Source: Prorocentrum cordatum (lineage: Eukaryota). Taken from it: DNA of 64,000 nt. Of this stretch, positions 24,228 to 35,775 are shown one piece after another. The notes beneath the pieces are model-generated. The model saw only the letters and a program-made list of their open reading frames with translations, was not told the origin of the DNA and ran no database searches. Both the position numbers and the translations under genes were made by a program. Positions within the stretch are counted from its first letter, which is position 1, and each line of letters starts with the position of its first letter. The stretch spans positions 248,001 through 312,000 of the forward strand of contig CAUYUJ010000259.1 in assembly GCA_963575745.1 (NCBI GenBank). The letters are read 5' to 3'.

Positions 24228-25736
24228 GCGTCGCACGGCAGAGGCCGATGACGTTCGTTTTTTTCAATGCCAGCGTCCTAGCCGAAAGGGTAAGCGCGAT
24301 CGAATGATGATGATGATGATGGAGCCTCCGCCTCGTCCTACTCCTCCTCCTTCTCCTCCCCCTCCTCCTCCACCCCCTTCCACCCGCTCCCCCTCCCCCT
24401 CCCCCCCCCTCCTCCTCCTCCCCCTCCCTCTCCTTCTCCTCTTCGCAAGCGTTGCGCAGGAGGCCGGGGGGGGGGGGGTGGGGAGGAGGGGAAAGAGAAA
24501 GATGAGAAGAAGGATGATGAGGCGGAAAAGGAGGAGGGAGGAGGCGGAGGAGGAGGAGGAGGAAGAGGGGGAGGAGGGGGAGGAGGAGGAGGAGGCGCGC
24601 AGCACAAAGAAATAATCCCCAGCACAGAAGGTCGGATGCACACCGCCTCTCGAGCTGTGGGCGCGTTTGGCGTCGACTCAGTCTCTAGCCGCCCTGGTCG
24701 CCCGAGCAGGGCGAATCGCGTGTTTGGTCCAGTCTCTCAAGAAAGCAACTCTTTCAACTTGACGTCAGGTCAGTTGGCTCATGCCCTCTTTTGCTGCTGT
24801 GACGCCAGTCATTTCTTCTCCGCTAGGGAGAGGCCAGCAGCGCGTTCGAGGGCCTCCAATTGTGACAAATCGCGGTTCCAAGGCCGGTTTGAGACAGCAC
24901 CCGCAAGACGAAAGAGGACCCCCATTGAGGCCCAAGTAGACCCCCAAGGGGCCCCAATGACATCAACACTCAGACTCACATGAGAAGGTTGTGCGGGGGT
25001 GCCCAAGGATCCCCAAGGGCTGCCGGGGCCCCCTGAGGACCCCCGAGGATATCAGCACTAAGACTTAACTTGGATCGTCGTTGTTATTATTGTTACCGTT
25101 GAAAGCCGCCCTCGCCATCGCCGTTAGAAACATCAACACCACCACAATCACCATCATCGTCCGTATTGGCATCAGCATTATCATGATTGTGAGATGTCCT
25201 AATGGGTGTGGTTGGGCATGCTCGCTGGACTGCGGCTCGTGTATCGGGCAGTCTGTGACCTCAAGACAGCGCCGATGGAACGTCGCAAATGCGTCGCCTC
25301 CCCTGCGATGATGAGGAGGAGGGGGGGGAATGAGGAGGGGGAGGATGAGGGGGAGGAGGAGGAGGAGGAGGGGGGGGAGGGAGGAGGAGGGAGGAGGATG
25401 GAGTGGAGGAAGGGAACGAGGGGGGAGGAGGAGACGGACCGAGACTCGTGTTCTTCTTCGTGCAGTAGTGTTCGGGCTTGGCCGTGCGGGGCCCGATTTC
25501 TTTCTTAGTGCGGCCAGAGGGCCGAACGTCGAGCCACAGGGCTCGCGTGTGCGCACCCGCTTGGCCAGACAGTGCCTGACTCGAGTTGCGCGAGGTCGTG
25601 AGCCACTCTTGCTCCATCGCGCCTCGCATTCCGTTACCCCCCACTCTCCACCTCCACTCGTCGCTCCCCCTTGCTTGTTGTATCTCTTTTGGTTTCGAGA
25701 GCTGCCTGCCTCTTTGCACTGGGAGGGGTCCGTGCG

Positions 25737-26123
25737 ATGGCAGGCAAGAAAGCTTCGTGGATCTGCACGCTGGGCGATGTCTGGGTGGATGAGGGGGCCG
25801 GGAACGAGCCTCAGCGGAGAGAACGCAGTCCTGAGAGTTGGACCGTGATGCGGTTATGCACTCCTCGCAAAGAGCCCGTGCCCGGCGGTGCACGCGGCCG
25901 TTTCTCGGACCCTAATATCATGATTGACCCCGAGTTCGACATAATCGCCGCAACCCGCAAGCTCCCGAGGAACAGGTATAAGATCCATTTTTTCGGCACG
26001 TGGCTCCCCAGTAAGAGAATGAGGCGGTCTTCCCAATCGATGCCCGCGCAGCCTGCCTCCTCCTCCCGTTCGTTGCCGCCGCCAGTTACGCCGACAAAAA
26101 AAAAGAGGCCGGATGCATCGTGA
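25737..26123 (+). CDS. Small basic hypothetical protein (128 aa) inside the element, possible third gene
   Basis: ATG at 25737; non-repetitive sequence; C-terminal NLS-like PTKKKRP. No family recognised. Confidence 0.35.
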   Translation: MAGKKASWICTLGDVWVDEGAGNEPQRRERSPESWTVMRLCTPRKEPVPGGARGRFSDPNIMIDPEFDIIAATRKLPRNRYKIHFFGTWLPSKRMRRSSQSMPAQPASSSRSLPPPVTPTKKKRPDAS

Positions 26124-27108
26124 TCGACTGACGTGGATGCGCATCCATGCGCTCATTCTTTCTAGGCGTGATCGCACAGTGCTGGCCTGTGCTCGACACG
26201 CCTTTCGTTCGCAATGGGGTGCGAACGTGTTGAAAAAATGCCAGCGTTCATCATGCCGTCATGGGCCCCAAGCTTGCTTGCACCACGCGTGTCATAACAT
26301 AACGCATCATCAGTAGTCAAGTTAGGCCGACGGGGACAACGATTAAGTGAACTGCACCAGAGGATGACTTGAGTGAGAGTGGGTGAGAGAGGGCGGGGGC
26401 GATTATGATAAGTCAAACGAGGCGGGGGATGACCAGGGTCCTCTAAGTGAAATGGGATGTGGGAGCACGAGGGGGTGGAGGATGAGGAAGGTGCGGCGAA
26501 AGGATACAAACGACGACGGCAGGGGGGATGAGGATGAGGAAGGACGCAAGGATGGGGAGGAGGAGGAAGCGGCCCACCCTCTGCCCGCCGCCTGCCTGGG
26601 GGCCTCGGCGAGCTTCGAGGCACCCACCCGCGGCCGCGGCCGCCGCGAGGGGAGGGGGGGGGACGCCCTTCTCCACCTCTCGCTCCTCCTCTCTACTCCT
26701 GGCCCATCTTCTCATTCTCCCTCCTCCCCACTCCTTGTCTCTCCTCGTGTCTCTCTCGTCTCGGAGCCGCGTTCTTATCTCAAGTTTCTCCACCTCTCTC
26801 TTCTCCTGGCCTCCCCTTCGCTCTTCCCCCGTTTCATCGCTCACGGGCTGAATGGGGCCTTCGCAAGGTAATGCCGCAGTTTCTGTTAGCAGAGGCTGGC
26901 AAATCCTTTGCTGGACCCTACCCGGTGCTGATCAGTTTGCGCTGCGCCCCAACAGTTTGGTATAAATCCGCCAGAAAGATGATTGAGACTTCCCCACGAA
27001 CCCAAACCATGATGAACCATCCCCAACCACCCCAAACCATGATGAACCATCCTGCCACTACCAGGGACCCCTTTTAACACAGGGTTGCCGCGAACCGCTG
27101 CCTCACTA

Positions 27109-28590
27109 AGGAGCAGGACGAGGAGGAGGAGGAGGAGGAGGAGGAGGAGGAGGAGGAAGAGGAGGAGGAAAACAAGTAGGATAACGAGGTGCAGAACGAC
27201 GACGAGGAGGAGGAGGAGGAGACAACAAAACACTGAGGAGCGGAAGGAGGGGGAGGAGGAGGAGGAGGAGAAGAGGAGAAGGTGGAGGAGGAGGGACAGC
27301 ACGGAAAGGACGAGGAGGACGAGGAGGGGGAGGAGGAGGAGGACTAGGAGGAGGGGGAAGGGGAGGAGGAGGACGAGGAAAAAGGAGGACGAGGAGGAGC
27401 AGGAATAGGAGGGGCGGAATAGGAGGAGGAGGAGGAGGAAGAGGAGGAAGATATGGCGTAGGAGGAGGGAACGGAGGGAACGGAAGCAAAGGAGGAGGAG
27501 GAGCAGGAGGAGGAGGAGGAGGCACAAGGAGGAGGAGGAGGAGGAAAGGAATGATGAAGGAGGAGAGGAGGAGGAGGAGGAGGAGGAGAGGAGGAGGAGG
27601 AGGAGGAGGGGAGGAGGAGGAGGAGGAGGAGGAGGAGGAGGAGGAGGAGGAGGAGGAGGAGGAGGAGGAGGCGCGGAGGCGGAGGAGGGGGAGGGGGAGG
27701 ACGGACGAGGAGGAGGACGAGGAGGAGGAGGAGGAGGAGGAGGAGGAGGAGGAGGCGGAGGAGGAGGAGAGAGGAGGAGGAGGAGGAGGAGGAGGAGGAG
27801 GAGGAGGAGGAGGAGGAGGAGGAGGAGGGGGAGGGGGAGGGGGAGGGGGAGGAGGAGGAGGAGGAGGAGGAGGAGGAGGAGGAGAGGAGGAGGAGGAGGA
27901 GGAGGAGGAGGAGGAGGAGGAGGAGGAGGAGGCGGAGAGGAGGAGGAGGAGGGAGGAGGAGGAGGAGGAGGAGGAGGAGGAGGAGGAGGAGGGAGGAGGA
28001 GGAGGAGGAGGAGGAGGAGAGGAGAGGAGGAGGAGGAGGAGGAGGAGGAGGAGGAGGGGAGGAGGAGGAGGAGGAGGAGGAGGAGGAGGAGGAGGAGGAG
28101 GAGGAGGAGGAGGAGGAGGAGGAGGAGGAGGAGGAGGAGGAGGAGGAGGGAGGAGGAGGAGGAGGAGGAGGAGGAGGAGGAGGAGGAGGAGGAGGAGGAG
28201 GAGGAGGAGGAGGAGGAGGAGGAGGAGGAGGAGGAGGAGGAGGAGGAGGAGGAGGAGGCGGAGGAGGAGGAGGAGGAGGAGGAGGAGGAGGGAGGAGGAG
28301 GAGGAGGAGGAGGAAGAGGAGGAGGAGGAGGAGGAGGAGGAGGAGGAGGAGGAGGAGAGGAGGAGGAGGAGGAAGAAGAAGAAGAAGAAGAGGAAACATA
28401 ATAAGAATAATAATAAGAAGAAAAAGAAGAAAAAGAAGAAGAATAATAATAATAAGAAGAAGAAGAAGAATAAGAAGAGGAGGAGGAGGAGGAGGAGGAG
28501 GAGGAGGAAGAGGAGGAGGAGAAGGAAAGGGAGGAGGACGAAGAGAAGGAGGAAATGGAGGAGGAGGAGCAGGAGGAGGAGGAGGAGGAG
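27109..28590. repeat. (GAG)n microsatellite with (GAA)/(AAT) patch
   Basis: Directly visible. Confidence 0.97.
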
Positions 28591-28599
28591 GGCGCGAAG

Positions 28600-28698
28600 G
28601 AGGACAACGCTATCGTGACCTGGGGCTGGGCTGGGCACGGGGGCGGCCTGGTCGAGCTGCCCGCGGACCTGTGCGGGGGGCAGCCTGGGCGGGCGTGA
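28600..28698 (+). CDS. Terminal exon of the RCC1-like gene (EDNAIVTWGWAGHGGGLVELPADLCGGQPGRA*)
   Basis: Completes AFAAVK|EDNAIVTWG in frame; AAG|G acceptor directly after a (GAG)n tract; TGA at 28696-28698. Confidence 0.8.
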   Translation, partial: EDNAIVTWGWAGHGGGLVELPADLCGGQPGRA

Positions 28699-30053
28699 TG
28701 CCCTCTGTGATGCCCTCCATGCCCTACCGTCCTCTCGGGGACGGTCAATAGGACGGGGCCGGGACGATGAGAAGTCCGTTCCAGAGCGTTCCAGAGCGCT
28801 TTGCGAAGGCCCGGCGCCCGAGACATCCTCCGGAACTGCCACGTCTCAGAGGTTCCCGATGTGCCCTCACTCGCCTGTCGCATCGTCTCGGCTCTGCGTC
28901 GTAGTCTAGATCAGAGCAGGGCGAGCTGAGCCAACGGTAGTTGGCCGTCGTGGGGGCCTCCGCCTCGCGTCGCCGCGGCTGGAGAGGGGTCCTCGGCATT
29001 ATTTCGAGCCGCTGGTGTCTCAAGTCGCCCTGCTTCAACGAGGGTGGGGGTGACCGGGGTCAGGACATCGCCCCAGATGTCATGGTCCTTCTGTTCATTT
29101 CAGCACGTGCCCGCACCGACGCAGCCAGGTCCGACGCGCGATCCAAACCGATCCGATTTCCCGACTCGATGTTGACTGATTTTGCCCCCCTCATTTTCCT
29201 GCTCCTCTTCTTCTCACGCGTTGACGTTCTCTCCCGTGGCTAGCTGCAACGATGTCCCGCGTGTGTTCTTCTCCGACCCATGCACAGAAGTTCTGAATTT
29301 GCACTGCGGCCAGGCGTTTCTTCCGTCGCGCCCGCTCCACGACGGTGGAGCATGTGGCGCCGTCGGAGCAGTCTTCGGGAAACGCATTTTTTTTGTTGCG
29401 CCCTCTTGTTCGGCCACCCTCTCGTCTCTCGTTCCATTCCTCTCCTCGCCCCGCTTCTCCCAGCCTTGTTTCGCCCCTGGCTTCTCATCATGCTCTTCCT
29501 CCTCGCTGCTCATCCTCTTCTTTCCCCTACCCCTCCCTCTACTCTGCCTCCTCCCCTCCCTCTTTCCATTCCCCTTCTGCTTGGCCGTTTTTTTGCGACT
29601 CGGTCCAGAGTGGCCAGCGCAGCAGCGCTTTCCTCGGGCCCCCGAGCGCGGGGCGCTGGTACTTCCTCAGCGAGCCCGCGAGTTTATTTTTCTTTTTCGG
29701 AGGCCCCGTGCAGCTGCCAGTAGCTAGGTCGTGAGCTTCGAGTCTGTCCCTACTATACCAGTCGTCATTTTTGTGGTCGTGGTTGTCGTCGTCATCGTCA
29801 TTCTTGCCCATATACGTTGATCCTGCCCGTGATGCCCTCTCGCTGTCCGTCTGACCCTCCCTACCCGCTCTTGGCTTGTCAAGCCCTTTCAGAGTTGCTT
29901 CCCTTCCCCGTTTCGTCCGACCCGGCCTTCGCTCCCCATTTGTCAGCCCGCTCCTTCCAGAACCCGTGGTTGCATGCGGGAGGTGGACACAGACAAGAAG
30001 AACATGGCCAAGGCCCCGCTCCCCATTGACCACCAGCACCACCACCTCCTCCC

Positions 30054-30220
30054 TAGGGCGACGAGATCCATACATATCCACTGCTCCTGGCCAGGCCCAT
30101 CCTGGGCCCAGGATCTGTGTATATGCCTCCCTGGCCAGGCCAGAAAGGCGTAAACACCGCTCCTGGGCCCAGGATGGGCCTGGCCAGGAGCAGTGGATAT
30201 GCATAGATCTCGTCGCCCTA
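30054..30220. mobile_element. 167-bp foldback MITE with TAGGG...CCCTA termini (hAT-like ends)
   Basis: Near-perfect inverted arms of ~60 bp (TAGGGCGACGAGATC...CCTGGGCCCAGGA). Confidence 0.85.
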
Positions 30221-30417
30221 CTCCCTCCCACCCTCATCCACTCTGGCGAAACAACAAAACACGAGGGAAGGGAGGGACAGAGTGGGACGAGGAGGGACGG
30301 AGGAGGAAGAGGAGGAGCAGGAACGGGGACAGGGACTGACTACGAAGAGGAGGAGGAGGAGGAGGAGGAGGAGGAGGAGGAGGAGGAGGAACGTCAGGTC
30401 GGGTGACCTGCTTGGCA

Positions 30418-31851
30418 CTACGGCCGCAGCGCCGCGGGAAAGGTGCCTCTTTCCTGCTCGCAGCCGAGATGCGAACGGCACCAGCCCAACACCGAAGCCC
30501 CAGAGTGCCGCGCACGGCCCCCAAGGGGCCCAGACCAGGGGGGCCGGGAGGGCCAGGGAACCCGCCCCAAGGGACCGAGGCCCCCGCGGACAGGAGGACG
30601 ACATCCCCCACAGCGCCCATCCCCTCGGGCCTCTGCCAGCTTCTCCTGCAGGTGCGGCTTCTCCGACCCGACCAGCTGCTCAAGCCAGCACTTGAGGACC
30701 TTGAGCTTCGCCTGGCCTGAGGCGTCCAGGCCGTCAAAGCGGCCGTCCACGAAGAGCTGCAGAGTGGCCTTGGCGCCCTCCTCGAAGTCGGTGGACCCCG
30801 ACGCCACGCCGAGCGCCAGCTCCGACTCGTTGAGGCCCTGCACCGTGTCGAACACCTCAGTGTAGCTGCACATGACCTCGATGTCCTCCTTGGACTCCGC
30901 ATCGCGGCAACCCTTGCACTCCGCGACCACCGTCTGGCTGAGGGCCTCGAAGTGATCACGCTCCTGCTTCAACTGCCATGCGACCTCCCTCGACTCCATG
31001 AGCTCTGAGGCCAAGTCCTGGACGGCCCTCCCGATCTCGACGTCGTCCTGGAAGCTGCTCTGCAAGGTCTGCGTGCTCGCTTCTAAGAAGTACTCGCCGA
31101 GGTACCACTTCATCACCCCGTCTTTGTGGTGGCCGAAGACTCCGTCGGCGCCGTTGCTCCCGAAGCCGCTGTCGCTGAGATGCATCTCGTGCGACGCTTG
31201 GCCTCCAGAAGCTTCCTGGCCAGGAGCCGCTTGGTCGTCACGCTCTCCAGGGGGTCTTTCTCCATCTTGTCGCTCTCCGTGCCCGCTTTCCTGCGAGCCC
31301 ATCGTGATGCCCTCGGCCAGTTGCGACCCCACGCCTCGTCCTCGCCCTCCTCGCTCTCCTGGTCGGCCGCCACGCTCTTCTTGGCCAGCAACGTTGTCTT
31401 GCACCAAGACCGCGGGTCCTTCTTGTTCAGCTGGATCCAGCCTCTCTGAAGCCAGAATGCCGCCGTCCTCGCACTGCTTGATGGGGCCCTCGATGGTGAC
31501 TTCAGCGAACGACGCTTCTGACTCGCCGACCGCCCCGTCACCTGCTCCAGAGGGACATAGCCAAGGTCCATCTTGTCCTTGAAGCCCTGCAGCTCCCCGT
31601 AGCCGAGCCCCATCGATGCAAATGGCTGCTCCCTGTGGCAGGCCGCAAGGCTCCTGAGGTCCAGAGCAAGCGGTGGCATCGCTGTCGCCTGCGAGACCGC
31701 CCTTGATGCTGAACCGGCCTCCGCACAGCACCACCTGCCACTCGAGGGTCTCCCCACTGCCGAACTCGAGGTCCTTGAGGAAACGCCCCACGACTTGCTC
31801 GGCACCTGCCAGTCCAGCGGTCCTTCGCTGGTGAACAGTTGCACCGCTCAT
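30418..31851 (-). CDS. Intronless SL-headed hypothetical protein (477 aa, acidic, predicted helical), probable retrogene
   Basis: Uninterrupted ORF from MSGATVHQ starting ~84 nt after the SL relic; G/C-ending codons; no introns, unlike neighbouring genes; no recognisable domain. Confidence 0.7.
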   Translation of the reverse strand: MSGATVHQRRTAGLAGAEQVVGRFLKDLEFGSGETLEWQVVLCGGRFSIKGGLAGDSDATACSGPQEPCGLPQGAAICIDGARLRGAAGLQGQDGPWLCPSGAGDGAVGESEASFAEVTIEGPIKQCEDGGILASERLDPAEQEGPAVLVQDNVAGQEERGGRPGERGGRGRGVGSQLAEGITMGSQESGHGERQDGERPPGERDDQAAPGQEASGGQASHEMHLSDSGFGSNGADGVFGHHKDGVMKWYLGEYFLEASTQTLQSSFQDDVEIGRAVQDLASELMESREVAWQLKQERDHFEALSQTVVAECKGCRDAESKEDIEVMCSYTEVFDTVQGLNESELALGVASGSTDFEEGAKATLQLFVDGRFDGLDASGQAKLKVLKCWLEQLVGSEKPHLQEKLAEARGDGRCGGCRPPVRGGLGPLGRVPWPSRPPWSGPLGGRARHSGASVLGWCRSHLGCEQERGTFPAALRP

Positions 31852-31934
31852 GCCCGCATGGCTCGCCGCGGCAACGCCGCTTCGAATCGCGCCGCTGCAA
31901 CCCCCGCGCGCCCCGCGCGGGGCCGAAACGGCTC

Positions 31935-31956
31935 CTTGAGCTAAAATGGCTACGGA
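31935..31956 (-). other. DinoSL relic
   Basis: Minus strand TCCGTAGCCATTTTAGCTCAAG: 21/22 to DinoSL. Confidence 0.95.
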
Positions 31957-34864
31957 GGAGCAGGAACAGGAGCAGAAACAGGATGAAGAGGAGTCACGGC
32001 CTCGATGAGGGGAAGGGGGGGACATTTCCTTTTGGTCAACTCGGCGCCTATCGCATCTATCGGGTTCCAGAAGTCGTCCTTCCCCTCCATGTCTTTTCTC
32101 TATCTCGCTCTTCCCCCCCCTCCTACCCAGAGTGTACATTTTGACATAGGTTGGGGGGAAGGAGGGAGGAGAGGAGAGGAGAGATGGGAGGAAGGGGATG
32201 AGCTGGCATGGGTGGGGGAGGTTCTGCTTATGTTTTTTTTGTAGTGACTCGAGAAGGCCTTCCGGAAAGTCCGGTACAGCTACCACCCGGTGATCGTGAT
32301 CCCCGTGTTGACCGAGACGCTGGCCAGCAGCGACGAGAAGGCCACCCCTACGACCAATTGCGCAACCCACCCCCTGCTGGCCAGAATTGACGCTGAGGTA
32401 TCGGGCACCTCCGCTGGGGTTCACTCCGATGCAGACGTCCTTCATCGTCAGAACCCGATCCGCTTCTTCGGAGGTCTGACCCGCTCGGGAGTCGCGTAAT
32501 GAGATGGCGATACAGTGGAAGCCCATGCCAAGAAACACCCTTCTTGCCTCCAAGGTGCCCTGGGTTTCTTGGGTTTCGATGGCTCTGCCATGGAGAGAGT
32601 GACGCCCCCACACCAGCAATCCATGGACGTCGTGGGGTTCCCGGGTGGGGTCTCTTGTGGAGTGTTTCTCAAGGTCGGGCCCCTACTGTTTGTTTGGGGG
32701 GGGGTGATAAATGGGGGGTGAGGAGGGTGCACCACCTGGGCCCCGAGGGGGGCCTGTAAGGCACCCCTTTGTGGGGGCCCAGGATGGGCACGACTGGTGC
32801 ACGCCCCCAACCCCTTCGCTGTGGTAGGTTCATGGTTCATGCGGCGATGCGTCACGGGGGGCGAGGGGCGATAGCCCTGTGCCCCCGATAAGAACACCGG
32901 GGATCATAAAGTTCGGGGCCCCGGGGGGGATTAACGATTTGTTCCGGCAAGACGTCACGAAATTTAAAAGACGGAACATGTGGGAACCCGGGATTTATGT
33001 GTATTTATGTGTGTGTCCCTGGGCGCCCTTATAATATTTCATACAAGCGTAGAAGTCGTATGGTGACGAGTTGTTCGGTCATGTTTGGAACATTTTTTTT
33101 TTGAGCCGGGCGTGTTCGCCATTTTTCCGACCCTGGGATTCTCACAGATCGACGTGGCTCGAAGAATGGCGCAGACAGATGGGGTCTAGTGCTCCAGGCG
33201 TGATTCTATACGATGTTGCAAGTTTTTCCGCTATGTCGGATTTCAGGGTTTATACGTTTCCGTGGGTTCCTAGATGTTGGTTTGCCTCGGGATGCGTTCC
33301 AGCAGCTGCGCCTCGCCGACACCGCGCGGGTGCCCGGATCACTTTGAACGTCGGTCACAGGGCTGGGAAACATGTACGCGAGCGTAGCATGCGTCCGCGC
33401 CGCCGTTGGTTGTTCAAGCGGCCGGCGCTCGATTAGCCCAGATCGTAAGCGCAGTTATGGATCCGCTACTGCATCCGAAAAGAAAACGCCTCCTGGAGAA
33501 TGCCTCCCACATTGTTCGTTTTAGCACCAGTACTATATTTCACGATGTCTACCTCCTCTCTGCTTGGTGGCGGAGTTGGCCTCACCTGCTTGTGGTCAGC
33601 TCTGTCCGCGCTTGGGAACAAACTACTACATCATCTCCGTTTGCGCAGGAACCTAGCACCACTATCTCTGGACCAGCATGGGGACATGCCTCCACAGCCG
33701 ATTCGCCGACTCACGTTGACAAGCGGACACACCAAAATCAACGCCCGACACCAGACTCGACCCAACATGGAAGCATGACCTACAACTTCTTCTGTTTGGT
33801 ACTATTTGGCTATGCGTCGGCTGTGCTGCTGGTTACATGCATCGTGGTAACCACCACGACGGATGTGATAACACCACCAGGGGCCGTCATGGGGACCCCG
33901 CGGAACGCGTATCGCACATCGAATTTTCTCAAACCATCGAATTTTCTCAAACAAATCACGCGTAGCTTAATTTCACCAACGCCCGCATAACACCGCAACA
34001 ACAAGCTGCATACCTGCAGCGTGGCTTAGGTTGGGTCGCTCGCACTGTCGCGATGCGGAATTCACCACAAATTTTGAACTACGGCGTGACAATTCAAGGG
34101 GTCCACACGGACACTTATATGTATGTATTATATATATACATCTCTCTCTCTCTCTCTCTCTTCAGCGACGAGTTCGAGAACCTGGAGGATGAGCGCCAGC
34201 TCACCTCAGGTACTGCGCGAATCCGAAACATGCAAGGACGTCTGGGATATAGCAAGTATCCAGATCAACATATTATTCGGTGCATGGTGCGGGTGAGCGT
34301 TCAGCAAAGTCGATGACCGTCCGGGTTGGCTGAGGCGACCGATTAGTGACGTTTTCTTGGGGATGACATGTACGACACTGGTCACCATGCGTTGCTGTAC
34401 ACCTAAGCGTTGCATTCGATGACAGACGTCACGCTGTGCAATCCGTGTTTTTTTGTGATCGTGGTGTCGTAGCTGTTCCTGATTTGTTTCCCCATCTGTC
34501 CTCTCCGTCCGTGCCCCCGTCCCTTCCGCGGCTGTGTTTCCGCCGAGGTGGAAAAGGAGGACCTTACGGGCCTTGCAGAGGGGAGGAGCGAAGAGTGAGC
34601 AATGAGGGAAGGTTGAGGGAGGGAGGAGGATGAGGACAACGAGGAAGACGAACAACAATGATCAGGACGAGCAGGAGGACCAGGCTTGGGCGGATGAAGA
34701 AGAGAATCAGGACGACGAGGATGAGGGAGCGAAGGAGCGAGAAGGGAGGCGGACCGTGCATGGACATTCGATTCGATCTTTGTGGCCCAAGATGCCCTCT
34801 GGACCCCCGAAAACAAAAATCGGCCTGACGAGTACCGCATTGTTGGTACCGGTTTCGGTGAAGC

Positions 34865-35775
34865 TCCCTAGGGGCCACGAGACGTGTGAGGGGTGCGCCG
34901 AATTCGGTGGCGCGAACGCATGCGGACCCTGCCACTGGAGCCTTTGGTGGGGCTCCCTGTGAGGCCACAAGACGCAGTCCTGGATGGGGGATACGCATGC
35001 GAACGGTGCCACTGGGGCTTTCGGAGCAGCTCCTTATGGGTCCACGAAGCGCTGCCATGGGTGGGGGAGACGCATGCGGACTGCGCCACTGGGACCCTCG
35101 GTGGAGCTCCCTATTGGGCCACGAAGCGCTGTCCTGGGTGGGGGAGGCGCCTGCGAACGGCGCCACTGGGACCCTCGCTGGAGCTCCGTATGGGGTCACG
35201 AACCGCTGTCATGGGTGGCGGTGACGCATGCAGACCCTTCAACTGGGGCTTTCGGTGGAGTTCCCTGTGGGGCCACGAAGCGCTGTCCTGGGTGGGAGAC
35301 ACGGATGCGAACGGTGCCACTTGGGCTCTCGGTGGCGTCCCTGTGGGTCCACGAAGCGCTGTCATTGGTGGTGGAGACGCATGCGAACGGTGCCACTGGG
35401 GCCTTTTGTGGAGCTCCCTATGGGGCCTGCCACTGGAGCCTTCGGTGGAGTTCCCTATGAGGCCACGAACCGCTGTCTGGGGTGGCGTTGACGCATGCAA
35501 GCCCTGCCATTGGAGCCTTCAGTGGAGCTCCCTATGGGACCACGAAGCGCTGTCCTGGGTGGCGCTCACGCATGCAAGCCCTGCCAGTGAGGCTTGCTGT
35601 GGAGATCCCGATGGGGCCACGAGACGCTGTTCTGGGTGGCGTTGACGCCTGCGGACCCTGCCACTGGAGCCTTCGGGGGAGCTCCGATTGGGTCACGAAC
35701 CGCTGTCGTGGGTGGCGTTGACGCATGCATGCCCTGCCACTGGAGCCTTCGGTGGAGTTCCCTATGGGGCCACGA
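34865..35775. repeat. Degenerate 77-bp tandem repeat, ~12 copies
   Basis: ACGCATGCG...GCCACTGG...GGAGCTCCCTATGGGGCCACGAA recurs at 34916, 34993, 35070 and onward. Confidence 0.93.

Larger units (their letters stand above)
15837..27108 (+). mobile_element. ~11.3 kb hAT-like DNA transposon with additional genes, inserted in an intronic (GAG)n tract
   Basis: Left end TAGTTAGGCAACG (15837-15849) matches the reverse complement of the right end, TAGTGAGGCAGCG (27096-27108), at 11/13. The 15-mer AACCATGATGAACCA is inverted at 15886-15900 and forward at 27005-27019 and 27035-27049. (GAG)n resumes on both sides. Contains transposase motifs. Confidence 0.75.

Noticed and set aside
15829..27116. 8-bp TSD for the hAT-like element (AGAAGGAG / AGGAGCAG)
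   Set aside because: A 6/8 match inside a GAG microsatellite is compatible with a TSD but uninformative, so it was not counted as evidence.
26886..28883. Long ORFs (665, 578, 355 aa) over the GAG tract
   Set aside because: Homopolymeric translations of a microsatellite.
31957..32619. N-terminal extension of the 733-aa ORF in the track
   Set aside because: It lies upstream of the SL relic and runs through low-complexity sequence; ATG 31851 is the more plausible start.
33406..33990. 194-aa ORF in a less GC-rich stretch
   Set aside because: No codon bias, motif or splice support.
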